Shown: positions 8,840 through 20,513, counted from the stretch's first letter. The stretch: DNA of 64,000 nt from an uncultured delta proteobacterium (GCA_963803435.1 CAWDML010000002.1:192001-256000); one strand, 5' to 3'. Numbers and translations are program-made. Notes: generated by a model not told the origin, from the sequence alone.

Positions 8840-10693
8840 ATGGATCCTCGCTTCATCCAGTATTACAACCGCGAGCTCCAATACATCCGTGAGATGGGCA
8901 GCGAGTTCGCCCGTCAGTTCGAGAAGATCGCCGGCCGCCTCGGCATGGACGGGTTCGAGGTCGCGGATCCGTATGTCGAGCGGCTGCTCGAGGGCTTCGC
9001 GTTCATGGCGGCGCGCGTCCAGCTCAAGCTCGACGACTCGTTTCCCAAGTTCACGCAACACCTCCTCGAGATGGTGTACCCGCACTATCTCGCGCCGACC
9101 CCCTCGATGGCCGTGGTGCAGCTCGAGCCCAACCCGCGCGAGGGCGCGCTCGGCGACGGCGTGACGGTACCGCGCGGCTCGGCGCTCCGCAGCCTGATCG
9201 GCAAGGACGAGCAGACCGCGTGCGAGTATCGGACCGCCCACGACGTCACGCTCTGGCCCATCCAGATCGCGAAGGCCGAGTACCGCACCTTCTTGGGCGC
9301 GCTCGACGATCTCCCCGCGGGCGATCTCGGCAAGGCCGAGGCCGTCTTCCGGCTGGGGCTGGTGACCACCGGAGGACAAAGCTTCGACAAGCTCCCGCTG
9401 GATCGGCTGTCGATCTTCCTCCGCGGGGAGCTCGAGGTGACCAGCCGTCTGTACGAGCAGCTGCACGGCCACGCGATCGGGGTGTTCGCGCGGCCGCGCC
9501 GGCGCCCGGGATCCTGGCAGCGTGTGGCCTCGAAGACGCCGATCCGACCGCTGGGCTTCACTGACGCGGAGGCGCTGCTCCCCCACGGGCCGCGCTCGTT
9601 CCAGGGCTACCGGTTGCTCCAGGAGTACTTCGCGTTTCCGGGGCGCTTCATGTTCGCGGAGTTGTGCGATCTCCGCGCGGCGCTGGCGCACTGTCCCGGC
9701 GAGGAGGTCGAGCTCCTCATCCTGTTCGACTCGCCGGACGCCGCGCTCGAGGGCGCGCTCGACGTCTCGCTCCTGGCGCTGCACGCGACCCCGGCGATCA
9801 ACCTGTTCCCGCGCCACGCCGATCGCATCCATCTGTCGGAGAACGAGCACGAGTATCACGTGATCCCAGATCGAACCCGGCCGATGGACTTCGAGGTCTT
9901 CTCGGTGGGCGACGTGATCGGCTACGGCAGCGGCATCGAGTCGAAGCGCCGGTTCACGCCCTTCTACGCTCACGGCGATCCGGGCGGAGATCAGACGTCC
10001 TACTACACGATCCGCCGGGAGCAACGCCGGCTGTCCGAGCGCCAGCGCGCCCGCGGATCCCGCTCGAGCTACGTGGGCAGCGAGATCTTCATCGCGCTGG
10101 TGGACGGAGACGAAGGGCCGTACTCCCCAGATCTCAAGCAGCTCGGGCTGGAGACGCTCTGCACCAACCGCGATCTGCCGCTCCACATGCCGCTCGGCCA
10201 GGGACGCACCGACTTCACGCTGGAGTCGGGGGCGCCGGTGGCGTCGATCCGCGCGTTGGCCGGACCCACGCCGCCGCGGGCCTCGCACGCCCACGGCAAC
10301 ACCGCCTGGCGGCTGATCAGCCACCTCTCGCTCAACTACCTCTCGGTGACCGAGCCGGGGGCGTTGCGCGAGCTGCTCACCCTGTACGCAGACCTCGGTG
10401 AGGCCGGGGCCAAGCGACAGATCGATGCGCTGCGCGCGGTGTCGGCGAGGTCGGTGGTGCGGCACCTCGACGCCGCCGGCCCGCTCGCGTTCGCGCGGGG
10501 CGTCGAGGTCAAGCTCTCCTGCGACGAGACGGCGTTCTCGGGCGGGAGCGTGTTCCTCTTCGGCGCCGTCCTCTCGCGCTTCTTCGCCAAGTACACCTCG
10601 ATCAACTCGTTCACCGAGACGGTCCTGGAGACGATCCAACGAGGGGAGGTCATGCGATGGCCAGCCAGCGCCGGCCTGACCCACGCGCTGTAG
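8840..10693 (+). CDS. tssF: T6SS baseplate TssF
   Basis: YYNRELQYIRE, DPYVERLLEGFAF, GYRLLQEYF, CTNRDLP, SINSFT. Confidence 0.96.
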   Translation: MDPRFIQYYNRELQYIREMGSEFARQFEKIAGRLGMDGFEVADPYVERLLEGFAFMAARVQLKLDDSFPKFTQHLLEMVYPHYLAPTPSMAVVQLEPNPREGALGDGVTVPRGSALRSLIGKDEQTACEYRTAHDVTLWPIQIAKAEYRTFLGALDDLPAGDLGKAEAVFRLGLVTTGGQSFDKLPLDRLSIFLRGELEVTSRLYEQLHGHAIGVFARPRRRPGSWQRVASKTPIRPLGFTDAEALLPHGPRSFQGYRLLQEYFAFPGRFMFAELCDLRAALAHCPGEEVELLILFDSPDAALEGALDVSLLALHATPAINLFPRHADRIHLSENEHEYHVIPDRTRPMDFEVFSVGDVIGYGSGIESKRRFTPFYAHGDPGGDQTSYYTIRREQRRLSERQRARGSRSSYVGSEIFIALVDGDEGPYSPDLKQLGLETLCTNRDLPLHMPLGQGRTDFTLESGAPVASIRALAGPTPPRASHAHGNTAWRLISHLSLNYLSVTEPGALRELLTLYADLGEAGAKRQIDALRAVSARSVVRHLDAAGPLAFARGVEVKLSCDETAFSGGSVFLFGAVLSRFFAKYTSINSFTETVLETIQRGEVMRWPASAGLTHAL

Positions 10694-11659
10694 CGCTCCT
10701 TCGAGCGCTCGAGGCGGCGCCGGGGAGCTTCGACTTCTTCCAGGCGCTGCGGAGGCTCGAATGCGCCTACCCGGAGCAGCCGCGCCTGGGCGAGGCCCGC
10801 CATCCCTCCGAGGAGCCGGTGCGGCTGGGGCAGGAGCCGACGCTCGCGTTCGCGCCCAGCACGATCGCGGCGCTCGAGTGGGACGGCGAGGAGCGGCCCC
10901 GGCTGATCTCGCGCTTCTTCGGGCTGTTCGGGCCGCACGGACCGCTGCCGCTGCACCTCACCGAGTACGCCCGCGATCGCCTGCGCAACGCGCAGGACGC
11001 GACCTTCGTCCGCTTCGCCGACCTCTTTCACCACCGGATGCTGGCGCTGTTCTACCGCGCCTTCGCGAACGCGGAGCCGACGGTGAGCCGCGACCGGCCC
11101 GACGCCGATCGCTTCGTCGGGTATGTGGGATCCCTCTTCGGCGTGATGTCGCGGCGGGCCAGGCCGGACCGCGCGTCGCTGCTCTATTACGCGGGGCGGC
11201 TGGCGGCGCAGCCGAAGAACGCGGAGGGGCTGGCCGCGGTGATCGCGGACGCCCTGGGCGTCCGCTGCGCCATCGAGCAGTTCATCGGCGAGTGGATCGC
11301 GGTGCCCCCGACGGCGCGCTGGCGGCTCGGTCAGGCCGCGCTCGGCCAGGGGACCACGGTGGGCGCGCGCGCCTGGCTGTGCCAGGGCAAGTTTCGGATC
11401 GTGATCGGCCCGGTCGATCACCGCCGGTTCGAGAGCCTGCTCCCGGGCGGCGAGGCGTTCCTACGGGTCGAAGAGCTGGTCGAGCTCTATGTCGGCCACC
11501 AGCTCGCGTGGGACGTCCGTTTGATCGTCGACGAGAGCAGAAAGCCGTGGACGCTCGGACAGCGATCGAAGCTCGGGTGGACCACCTCGCTCGGGCGGAG
11601 CAGACAGCCGGGCAGCATCGTGGTCCGCCCGCCCAGGAACAAGACGGAGGAAGTTCGAG
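10657..11659 (+). CDS. tssG: T6SS baseplate TssG (no stop before clpV; the ORF runs on to 12069, so the true end is uncertain)
   Basis: FDFFQALRRLE, FFGLFGPHGPLPLHLTE, FADLFHHRM, KLGWTTSLG. Confidence 0.88.
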
Positions 11660-14315
11660 ATGGCAGAAATCAGTCGCGCGGCCCTGTTCGGGAAGCTCAA
11701 CCGCATCGCGTACCGCTCGATCGAGAGCGCGACCGTGTTCTGCAAGATGCGCGGGAATCCGTACGTCGAGCTGGTGCACTGGTTCCATCAGATCCTCCAG
11801 CTCCAAGATTCGGATCTGCAGCCGTTGATCCGCGAGTTCTCGCTCGATCCGGCGCGGCTGGCGAAGGACCTGACCGAGGCGCTCGACGCCCTGCCGCGGG
11901 GATCGACCTCGATCTCGGATCTCTCCGCACACGTGGAGGAGGCCGTCGAGCGCGGGTGGGTCTACGGCTCGCTGCTCTTCGGCGAGTCGCAGATCCGGAC
12001 CGGCCACCTGGTGGTCGGCGTGCTCAAGACGCCGGGCCTCAAGAACGCGCTGCTCAGGATGTCCGGTGAGTTCGCCAAGATCACGATCGATCGCCTGACC
12101 GAGCGCTTCGCGAAGATGCTGGGCGCCTCGCCCGAGGCCACCCTGGGCGCCGACCGACGGCAGCGCGGCGCCGGGCGAGGCCAGCGGCGCCATGCCGCCG
12201 CCGCAGATGGGCAAGCAGGAGGCGCCTGCGTCGCTTCTCGGTCGACCTGACCGAGCGCGCGCGCAAGGGCGAGATCGATCCGGTCGTCGGGCGCGACGAC
12301 GAGATCCGGCAGATCGTCGACATCCTCATGCGGCGCCGGCAGAACAACCCGATCCTCACCGGCGAGGCCGGCGTGGGAAAGACGGCGGTGGTCGAGGGCT
12401 TCGCGCTGCGCATCGCGTCGGGCGACGTCCCGCCGCCGCTGAAGGACGTCACGCTGCGCTCGCTCGACATCGGGCTGCTGCAGGCCGGCGCCAGCATGAA
12501 GGGCGAGTTCGAGAACCGGCTGCGCCAGGTGATCGACGAGGTGCAGGCGTCGCCGAAGCCGATCATCCTGTTCATCGACGAGGCGCACACGCTGATCGGT
12601 GCGGGCGGCGCGGCCGGCACGGGCGACGCGGCCAATCTGCTGAAGCCGGCGCTGGCCCGCGGCACGCTGCGGACGATCGCGGCCACCACCTGGGCCGAGT
12701 ACAAGAAGCACATCGAGAAGGATCCGGCGCTGACGCGGCGCTTCCAGGTGGTGCAGATCGAGGAGCCGACCGAGGCGCAGCACGCTCCTGATGATGCGCG
12801 GCGATCGCCGACGATGCTGGAGAAGCACCACCGCGTGCAGGTCCTCGACGAGGCCCTCGAAGCCGCGGTGAAGCTGTCGCACCGCTACATCCCGGCGCGG
12901 CAGCTCCCCGACAAGGCGGTCAGCCTGCTCGACACCGCCTGCGCGCGCGTCGCCGTCAGCCAGCACGCGACCCCGGCCGAGGTCGAGGACGCCGAGCGGC
13001 GGATCGAGGCGCTCGACACCGAGCTCGAGATCATCGGGCGCGAGGAGGCGGTCGGCGTGCCGGTCGGCGATCGGCGCGCCGTGGCCTCGAAGAAGCGCAC
13101 CGAGGAGCAGGCGCGGCTCGCGGAGCTGGACAAGCGCTGGCAGGAGGAGAAGGTCGATCGTCGATCAGATCTCGCTCCAGATGCGCGCCGACCTCCGGAA
13201 GGAGGAGCGCGAAGGATCGCGAGAGCGCCTCGCTGGACAAGCTCCAGGGCCTGCAGACAGGCGAGCTGCACGACGCTCCAGGGCGAGCGGCCGCTTGATC
13301 CTTCCGAGCGTCGACGAGCAGGCCGTGGCCGCGGTGGTGGCGGACTGGACCGGGCATCCCCGTCGGCCGGATGGTGAAGAACGAGATCGAGACGGTCCTC
13401 AACCTGGCCGAGACGCTCGATCAGCGGGTGATCGGCCAGACGCACGCGCTCGAGATGATCGCGAGGCGCATCCAGACCTCTCGCGCCGGGCTCGAGAACC
13501 CGAGCAAGCCGATCGGCGTCTTCCTGCTGGCCGGGCCCTCCGGCGTCGGCAAGACGGAGACCGCGCTGGCCCTGGCGGAGACGCTCTACGGCGGCGAGCA
13601 GAACCTGATCACGATCAACATGAGCGAGTTCCAGGAGGCCCACACGGTCTCGACGCTCAAGGGCGCGCCTCCCGGATACGTGGGCTACGGCGAGGGCGGG
13701 GTGCTGACCGAGGCCGTGCGCCGGCGGCCCTACAGCGTGGTGCTGCTCGACGAGGTGGAGAAGGCCCACCCGGACGTGCACGAGATCTTCTTCCAGGTCT
13801 TCGACAAGGGCTGGATGGAGGACGGCGAGGGCCGGCTGATCGACTTCAAGAACACGTTGATCCTCCTGACCTCCAACGTCGGCAGCGATCTGATCATGAA
13901 GATGTGTGCCGACCCCGAGCTGACGCCGAGCGCCGAGGCGATCGCCAAGGCGCTGCGACGGCCATGCTCAAGGTGTTCCCGGCGGCGCTGCTGGGGCGCC
14001 TGGTCGTGATCCCGTACTACCCGCTGAGCGACGAGATGATCGGTCGCATCACGCGGCTCCAGCTGGCCCGCATCGAGAAGCGGATCGAGGCGAACCACGG
14101 GATCCCGTTCACCTACGACGACGCCGCGGTCGTCGCTGATCGTGAGCCGCTGCACCGAGCTGGAGAGCGGCGGCCGCATGATCGACGCCATCCTCACCAA
14201 CACGATGCTGCCTCGCATCAGCCAGGAGATCCTCACCCGGCTGATGCAAGGCGATCCGGTGCGGGCCGTGAGCGTGAGCGCCGCCGGCAGCGACTTCTCG
14301 TACGCCTTCGAATAA
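11660..14315 (+). CDS. tssH: T6SS ATPase ClpV (TssH), broken by several frameshifts
   Basis: RGNPYVELVHW, RRRQNNPILTGEAGVGKT, LPDKAVSLLDTA, GPSGVGKTET, GAPPGYVGYGEGG spread over several frames; stop TAA 14313-14315. Confidence 0.9.
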
Positions 14316-14317
14316 CC

Positions 14318-16414
14318 ATGAATAGACCAGTTCAGATCGACACTCCGCTCGGCGAGGGCGCGCTCCTCTTCCTCCGGATGGAGGGACGAGAAGAGCTGGG
14401 CCGCCCCTTCGAGCTTCAGCTCGAGCTCCTGAGCGCTCAGGACGACGTCGACTTCACCAAGGTCGTGGGCCAGACGATGACGGTGCACCTCGAGCAGGCC
14501 GACGGGCAGCTCCGGCACTTCAACGGCGTCTGCAGCCGCATGTCCTACGGCGGCACGCACGGCCGCTACGTGCGGTATCTGGCCACGCTCCGGCCCTGGA
14601 TGTGGCTGCTCACCCGGACGGCCGACTGCAAGATCTTCCAGAACAAGTCGGCGCCCGACATCATCAAGGAGATCTTCCGCGAGCAGGGTCAGACGCAGTT
14701 CGAGGAGTCGCTCAGCCGCTCGTACCGGGTGCGCGAGTACTGTGTGCAGTACCGCGAGACCGACTTCGCCTTCATCAGCCGCTTGATGGAGGAGGAAGGC
14801 ATCTACTACTTCTTCAAGCACGAGGAGAAGAAGCACACGCTGGTGCTCTCCGACTCGTACAGCGCGCACAGTAAGATCCCGGGCTACGAGGAGGTCCCGT
14901 TCTATCCCGAGAGCGAGAAGGCGCGTCGCGAGCGCGACCACATCGAGGTCTGGTCCGCCTCCCAGCAGCTCGAGCCCGGCGCCTACTTCCTCGAGGACTT
15001 CGACTTCGAGCGTCCGATGGCGAACCTGGAGGTGAAGCTGGCCTCGCAGGACAAGCTCGCCAAGAAGGAGCTCGAGATCTACGAGTACCCCGGCGACTAC
15101 ACCCAGACCGCCGACGGCGGAGACCTACGTTCGGCTGCGGCTCGAGGAGCTGTACGCCCGGCAGGCGCTGGCAAGCGGGGCGGGCGACGTGCGCGGTCTG
15201 ACGCCGGGCGGGCTGTTCACGCTGACGAACTTCCCGCGCGCGGATCAGAATCGCGAGTACCTGGTGGTGTCGGCGCAGTACGAGCTGAGCTCCGATGCGT
15301 ACGAGTCGGCGCCCTCCGGCGAGCCGGCGGTGTTCCACTGCGCCTTCACCGCGATCGACAGCCAGCGGCCCTACCGCTCGGCGCGGACCACGCCGCGCCC
15401 CGGGATCCAGGGCCCGCAGACCGCCATCGTGGTGGGCAAGTCGGGCGAGGAGATCTGGACCGACAAGCACGGGCGCGTGAAGCTGCAGTTCCACTGGGAT
15501 CGCGCTGGGCAAGTCCGACGAGAAGAGCTCGTGCTGGGTGCGGGTCGCGCAGGTCTGGGCGCGGCAAGGCTGGGGCGGCATCCACATCCCGCGGATCGGC
15601 CAGGAGGTGATCGTCGAGTTCCTCGAGGGTGATCCGGATCGACCGATCATCACCGGGCGGGTCTACAACGGCGACAACATGCCGCCGTACGCGCTGCCGG
15701 CGAACCAGACCCAGAGCGGCATCAAGAGCCGGAGCACGCAAGGACGGCAACGAGGACAACTTCAACGAGATCCGCTTCGAGGACAAGAAGGGCAGCGAGC
15801 AGATCTACATCCATGCGGAGAAGGACCTCGAGGTGCTGGTCGAGAACGACGCCAAGCACACGGTCCTGCACGACGAGACCACCACGATCGAGAACAACCG
15901 CACGGAGGAGGTGAAGAAGGACGAGACGATCACCATCCGGGGCAATCGCACCGAGACCGTGGACAAGGACGAGACGATCACGATCAACGGCAACCGGACG
16001 GAGAGCGTCGGCAAGAACGAGACGATCACCATCAGCGGCAGCCGCACCGAGTCGGTGAGCAAGGACGAGACGATCTCGATCGACGCGAGCCGGATCGTCA
16101 GCGTGACCAAGGACGAGGAGATGACGGTGGGCGGCGCCCAGGTGCTCGACGTCGGCAAGGACCAGGAGGTCAACGTCGGCGGCAATCGCAAGGCCGCAGT
16201 GGGCAAGAGCGATCAGCTGGACGTGTCGCAGAAGCTGACGATCACCGCCGGGCAGGAGCTGGTGCTGAAGGTGGGTGCCGCCAGCATCACGATGAAGGCC
16301 AGCGGCGACATCATCGTCAAAGGCGTCAACGTCACGGTCGAGGGCGCCGCCTCCGCCAAGCTCAAGTCTTCGGGCGCGGTGGAGATCTCGGGCGCGATGA
16401 TCACCCAGAAGTAG
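14318..16414 (+). CDS. vgrG: T6SS spike VgrG (TssI) with gp5-type C-terminal beta repeats; about 3 frameshifts
   Basis: [64 protein letters not shown], repeated GNRTETV. Confidence 0.92.
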
Positions 16415-16422
16415 CGGTCAGC

Positions 16423-17430
16423 TCACTTGACGGTGATGCGGACCGTCCGATTGTTGCCGATCGCCTCGAGCGTGGTCTCGGCGATGGCGAACTTTCCGGT
16501 CACGCGCACCACCTTGAACGTTCCGTTCGAGACCGGCTCGTCGGTGCTGCCCTCGAGCACCACGCCGCTCATGCCGGGCCGGACGCCCTTGTCCTCGCCG
16601 ATCTCGATGTGGAGCGTCCGCTTTCCGTCGCGGGTGTACATGCTGATGATCCGGCCGCGGACGTAGACGTCCTTCGGCTCGCGGGTCGGTGGCGGCGGGC
16701 GCGACACGCGCTTCTTGACGCAGCGCCCCCGCTCGCACGAGCCCTCGCACTCGATCGGGATGCCCCAGGCGAGACAACCGCCGGCGCCGCGGACGCACAG
16801 CTGCGAGCTGTCCTTCGAGGCGCAGCGCCGCTCGTCCGGCTGGCACTGATCGGTGCAGCCGGCGGCGCATTGGCCCTCACGGCACGTCTGATCGGCTCCG
16901 CAGCTCTGCACCTCCACCCAGGCGTTGCAGCCCTCCTTGGTGAGCTGGCAGACCGCGAAGCCGTCCTTGCCGACGCAGATCTGCTGGCCAACGGTACAGT
17001 CGTGGCAGCGCTTCGGCATCGTCTTGGTGAAGAGCGCCTTGAGCGAGTAGGGCGAGCTGGTCTCGGCGTTGGCCTCCACCCGGAGGTAGTACCGATCCTT
17101 GCTCGGGATCTGGAACTTGAGCTGCTTGCCTTTCTGTCCCCAGGTCTCGCCGGCGGCCAGCGGCTTGCCGAGGGCGTCGTAGAGGTCGAGCGACAGGTTG
17201 GCGCGCTCGCTGTCCCAGTGCAGCTGCACCTCGAGCTCTCCGGGCTGGGTCAGATCGAGGTATCTCCAGTCGGTGGCGTCCCCCTCGGAGGCGTCGACGG
17301 TGTCGTCCGCGATGGTGTCGAGCTCGAGCGGAGACGCGTGGATCCGCTCGGCGTCCGGGCCGCTCAGCTCGTTGCGCGCGTGGCTGCACGCGATCGCGCA
17401 GGACACCAGTAGGATGCAGGCCTCGCGCAT
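16423..17430 (-). CDS. Predicted lipoprotein with a PPC-like beta-sandwich and Cys-rich repeats
   Basis: [15 protein letters not shown] signal/lipobox-like start; DATDWRYL...YYLRVEA; CxxxCxxxxxxC repeats. Confidence 0.7.
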   Translation of the reverse strand: MREACILLVSCAIACSHARNELSGPDAERIHASPLELDTIADDTVDASEGDATDWRYLDLTQPGELEVQLHWDSERANLSLDLYDALGKPLAAGETWGQKGKQLKFQIPSKDRYYLRVEANAETSSPYSLKALFTKTMPKRCHDCTVGQQICVGKDGFAVCQLTKEGCNAWVEVQSCGADQTCREGQCAAGCTDQCQPDERRCASKDSSQLCVRGAGGCLAWGIPIECEGSCERGRCVKKRVSRPPPPTREPKDVYVRGRIISMYTRDGKRTLHIEIGEDKGVRPGMSGVVLEGSTDEPVSNGTFKVVRVTGKFAIAETTLEAIGNNRTVRITVK

Positions 17431-17472
17431 CACGCACGTCCCATAGCACGCTCCGGCGGCGCGGAAAAACTG

Positions 17473-19371
17473 ATGTACCATCGAGCCGTCTTGGGCTCGG
17501 AGATCATCGTGTGCGGCAAGCGGATGGACATCGGACACCCCGTCCGCACCTTCATGGACAGCGACGGCTACAACGCCTACCTCACGCATCGGACGGACGA
17601 TCCCAGCCAGAAGTTCCCTACGTACCCGGCGCCGGGGATGGAGGGCCGCGAGCTGCGCTACCGCGAGCGCCGGCTCCTGGGACGCGAGCGGACGCTCCAG
17701 AACCTGAAGCGGGCGGTGCGGCAGGTGGTGGTCCACCTGGACGGCTGCGCGAACGCTCGCTTGTGCTTCGACGTGCTCCACAACCAGCACGGGCTGTCGG
17801 TGCACTTCATGGTCGACAACGACGGCACGATCTACCAGACGCTCGACCTGGTCGACTGCGCCTTCCACGCCGCCGGCGTGAACGAGACCTCGGTCGGGAT
17901 CGAGGTCCAGAATCGCGGCGACGCCGCCCGTTTCCCGCACAGCTATCGGGAGGAGCGGCCCACCGTCACCTGCACGGTGCACGGCCAGCAGTTCCTCGCC
18001 TACGACTTCACCGACGCCCAATACGAGGGGATGGTCCGCCTCGGCCGGGCGCTCGCGCGTATCCTCGATCTTCCGCTTCAGGTCCCGCGCGCCTCGACCG
18101 GCGAGGCCATCTGGACCACCATCGCCGACCCGCGCCGCTTCGACGGCTTCCTCGGGCACTATCACATCAACAAGGAGAAGTGGGATCCGGGACCGTGGGA
18201 CTTCCAGCGAATGTTCCGCAAGATCGGGAGCCGCGTGACGCTCCCGCTCACCGCGATGCCGGCCGGCGCGCCGGCGAAGAAGCTCGCGGAGAGCGCCGAC
18301 GCGTACTACGAGGCCAACGAGCGCGACGGCTCCGGCTACTTCCCGGTGGGGCCGCTCGGCGAGTCTCGGCTGTGGCACGGAGGCGTGCATCTCCCCGGCC
18401 GCGCCGACGCGCCGATCTACGCACCGCTCGGCGGGACGGTGGTGGCGGCACGGCTCGCCGGGCCGTGCACCGCGGGGAGCTGCAACTTCATCTTGATGCG
18501 GCATCAGCTGGAGACGGTCGCGCGCTCGCTCCCCTTCTTCACGCTCTACTTCCACGTGCGCACCGAGACGAGCGATCCCGAGTCGCCGCCCTGGCTCACG
18601 CGGAGCGGGGACGCGGCCGAGATCCTGGCGCAGGGCCGCACCGCGCTGCTCTCGGAGCAGGTGGACGGCGGCGAGCTCCTCGGCCACGTGGGCGAGGCCG
18701 GGCCCGCGGAGGTGCGGCGGCCGCAGCTCCACTTCGCCGTCTTCTCGCAAGAAGAGATGGGTCGGATCGTCGATCCCGGCTACTGGGAAGTGGTGATCGG
18801 CACAGAGACCAATCGCTTCTGCCGCAACAAGGAGATCATCGATCGCATCGATCTCCCGCTCGGCGGCAAGCCTCGCGACGGCCTGCTCTCGCGCTACGAG
18901 CTGCGGCGCTTCTTCACCTCGAACGCGGCCCGCGCCGACCTCCACCGGATGGTGGTGCGCCACCTCTCCGAGTGGACCGAGGGCGACTGGCAGGCCGACC
19001 TCGAGACCGCGCCGGACTTCGCCGCGCTCCCCGAGGCGGTGCGGCGGAAGATGATCGCCGAGCAGATCGAGCCCACGCTCTGGTGGACCGAGAGCGTCGC
19101 GCGCCACGCCGGTCTGCCGGACAACGGCGTGATCTACTCGTACCACCCGATCGGCTTCCTGGTGTGGTACGACCAGCTGATGCGGAAGAACGCGAACCTC
19201 CGTGCCGCCGGGATCCAGGTGGCCCGCGCCGACCTCGCGATCTCCGGGACCGACAGCTTCAAGCTCGACTTCGAGTCGACGCTGCACATGACCGATCAGG
19301 AGGACCTCCTGGCCGGCTCGCAGGGCCAGAAGCTCACGCTCGAGGAGCTGATCGATGGCTATCCGGAGTGA
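17473..19371 (+). CDS. N-acetylmuramoyl-L-alanine amidase fused to a WHIX/M23-like scaffold; candidate T6SS effector
   Basis: Amidase_2 motifs VVVH, SVHFMVDNDGTIYQ, AFHAAGVN..SVGIE, GHYH..KWDPG; then FPVG..WHGGVH, HLSEW, LWW, YHPIGF. Confidence 0.82.
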   Translation: MYHRAVLGSEIIVCGKRMDIGHPVRTFMDSDGYNAYLTHRTDDPSQKFPTYPAPGMEGRELRYRERRLLGRERTLQNLKRAVRQVVVHLDGCANARLCFDVLHNQHGLSVHFMVDNDGTIYQTLDLVDCAFHAAGVNETSVGIEVQNRGDAARFPHSYREERPTVTCTVHGQQFLAYDFTDAQYEGMVRLGRALARILDLPLQVPRASTGEAIWTTIADPRRFDGFLGHYHINKEKWDPGPWDFQRMFRKIGSRVTLPLTAMPAGAPAKKLAESADAYYEANERDGSGYFPVGPLGESRLWHGGVHLPGRADAPIYAPLGGTVVAARLAGPCTAGSCNFILMRHQLETVARSLPFFTLYFHVRTETSDPESPPWLTRSGDAAEILAQGRTALLSEQVDGGELLGHVGEAGPAEVRRPQLHFAVFSQEEMGRIVDPGYWEVVIGTETNRFCRNKEIIDRIDLPLGGKPRDGLLSRYELRRFFTSNAARADLHRMVVRHLSEWTEGDWQADLETAPDFAALPEAVRRKMIAEQIEPTLWWTESVARHAGLPDNGVIYSYHPIGFLVWYDQLMRKNANLRAAGIQVARADLAISGTDSFKLDFESTLHMTDQEDLLAGSQGQKLTLEELIDGYPE

Positions 19372-19375
19372 GGGC

Positions 19376-19486
19376 GTGACGCGGCGCCGCTTCGCCGCGA
19401 TCCTCTTGGGCGCGATCGTCGCTGCGTTCGCGCCGCGGAGGAAGAGGCGGTCCAGGCGTCCGATCGTGTGGATCGGTCACATCTGA
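19376..19486 (+). CDS. Small 36-aa protein with a Tat-like N-terminus
   Basis: GTG..TGA gives MTRRRFAAILLGAIVAAFAPRRKRRSRRPIVWIGHI; GGAG/GAGG upstream; below the ORF-track cutoff. Confidence 0.45.
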   Translation: MTRRRFAAILLGAIVAAFAPRRKRRSRRPIVWIGHI

Positions 19487-19501
19487 AGGGCGACCGGCAG
19501 T

Positions 19502-20044
19502 TCATCCGGTCATGCGGAGGAGCTCGAGGACGGTCCTCCAGTTGCGGATGGTGCTGGTGGTCTCGAGCTTTGCGTCGAAGTACGCGTTGGTGAGCTTGCT
19601 CTTCCCCACGCCGTTCGGGAGGTGGAGATAGATCTCCCGGCCGCGGACGACGAACGCGTCGGGCGGCGAGCGGTCGGGATCGAGCGCGGCGGCGTTCTTC
19701 TTCGCCGGCGTGCTCGCGAGGAACGCGACGTGGAGGCGGTCAGGCTCGACCCCGCCCGCGAGGAACGGGTTGGCGCTTGCGACCTTCTTCAGCTCGGCCC
19801 CGCTCCTCAGGACCACCGGCACCCGAAGCCCGAAGCCGTCGAGGATCGCGGCCTCGATCAGCCCCGGCACGCGCCGGGCCGCGGCAGCCGGCGCGCGGAA
19901 GACGACGTTCCCGCTCTGGATGTACGTCCGCACCTCCGCTGCACCCGCCTCCGCGAAGAGCGCGGCCAGCGACTTCATCGGGAGCTTGTTCTTGCCTCCG
20001 ACGTTGATCCCGCGAAGCAACGCCACGTATGAGGAGCCCGGCAC
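19502..20044 (-). CDS. DUF1697 family protein
   Basis: YVALLRGINVGG, VRTYIQSGNVVF, TIRNWRTV. Confidence 0.92.
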   Translation of the reverse strand: MPGSSYVALLRGINVGGKNKLPMKSLAALFAEAGAAEVRTYIQSGNVVFRAPAAAARRVPGLIEAAILDGFGLRVPVVLRSGAELKKVASANPFLAGGVEPDRLHVAFLASTPAKKNAAALDPDRSPPDAFVVRGREIYLHLPNGVGKSKLTNAYFDAKLETTSTIRNWRTVLELLRMTG

Positions 20045-20069
20045 GGCGCGATGGTAGCCCAGGAGGACG

Positions 20070-20456
20070 TCAGGTGTGGGGCTCGTGCTCGTACTTCATC
20101 GCGCCCACCCGATTACCCTCGGGATCGTCGAAGTAGATGAGATCGCCGACGGTCGGGATGTTCGACTTCTCCATGGTGATGGTTCCGCCGTGCTCGACGA
20201 CCGCGCGGGCGATCGCGTCGACGTCGGCGACGGCGATGGTGCACTCGTAGCAGTTGGGCCCGTCCTTTCCGCGGGGACTGCGGCGCTGTTGCAGGAGACC
20301 TTGCACGCCGGGGCTCGCCTCGTCGCCGGTGTGGATGAGGTAGAAGTCGGGCGGGCCCCACGGCTCGAAGGCCCAGCCGAAGACCGCCTCGTAGAAGCGG
20401 CGGGCGCGCTGGACGTCGTCGGCGTGGATGGCGAAGCTGGCGAGATTGTTGGGCAT
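20070..20456 (-). CDS. VOC/glyoxalase family protein
   Basis: FAIHADDVQRARRFYEAVFGW, IPTVGDLIYFDDPEGN. Confidence 0.9.
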   Translation of the reverse strand: MPNNLASFAIHADDVQRARRFYEAVFGWAFEPWGPPDFYLIHTGDEASPGVQGLLQQRRSPRGKDGPNCYECTIAVADVDAIARAVVEHGGTITMEKSNIPTVGDLIYFDDPEGNRVGAMKYEHEPHT

Positions 20457-20513
20457 GCGCGGCAGGCTAGCGCGCCGGGACCGCGTGTCGCAATTACGAT
20501 ATCTTGACATTGT

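Noticed and set aside
10657-12069. TssG with a 135-aa C-terminal extension
   Set aside because: The extension is the off-frame read of clpV; a lost stop or an indel is more likely.
13181-15610. ClpV-VgrG fusion suggested by the 809-aa ORF
   Set aside because: Produced by frameshifts; clpV has its own TAA at 14313-15 and vgrG its own ATG at 14318.
15860-16230. 24/48-bp periodic repeats
   Set aside because: These are the gp5-type beta-helix repeats of VgrG.
16423-19287. Very long alternative-frame and antisense ORFs (e.g. 954 aa here, 68..2608, 22073..24214, 54635..56740)
   Set aside because: Shadow ORFs expected at high GC; R/A/G/P-rich and overlapping well-supported genes. Only the 3' 335 aa of this one looks real.
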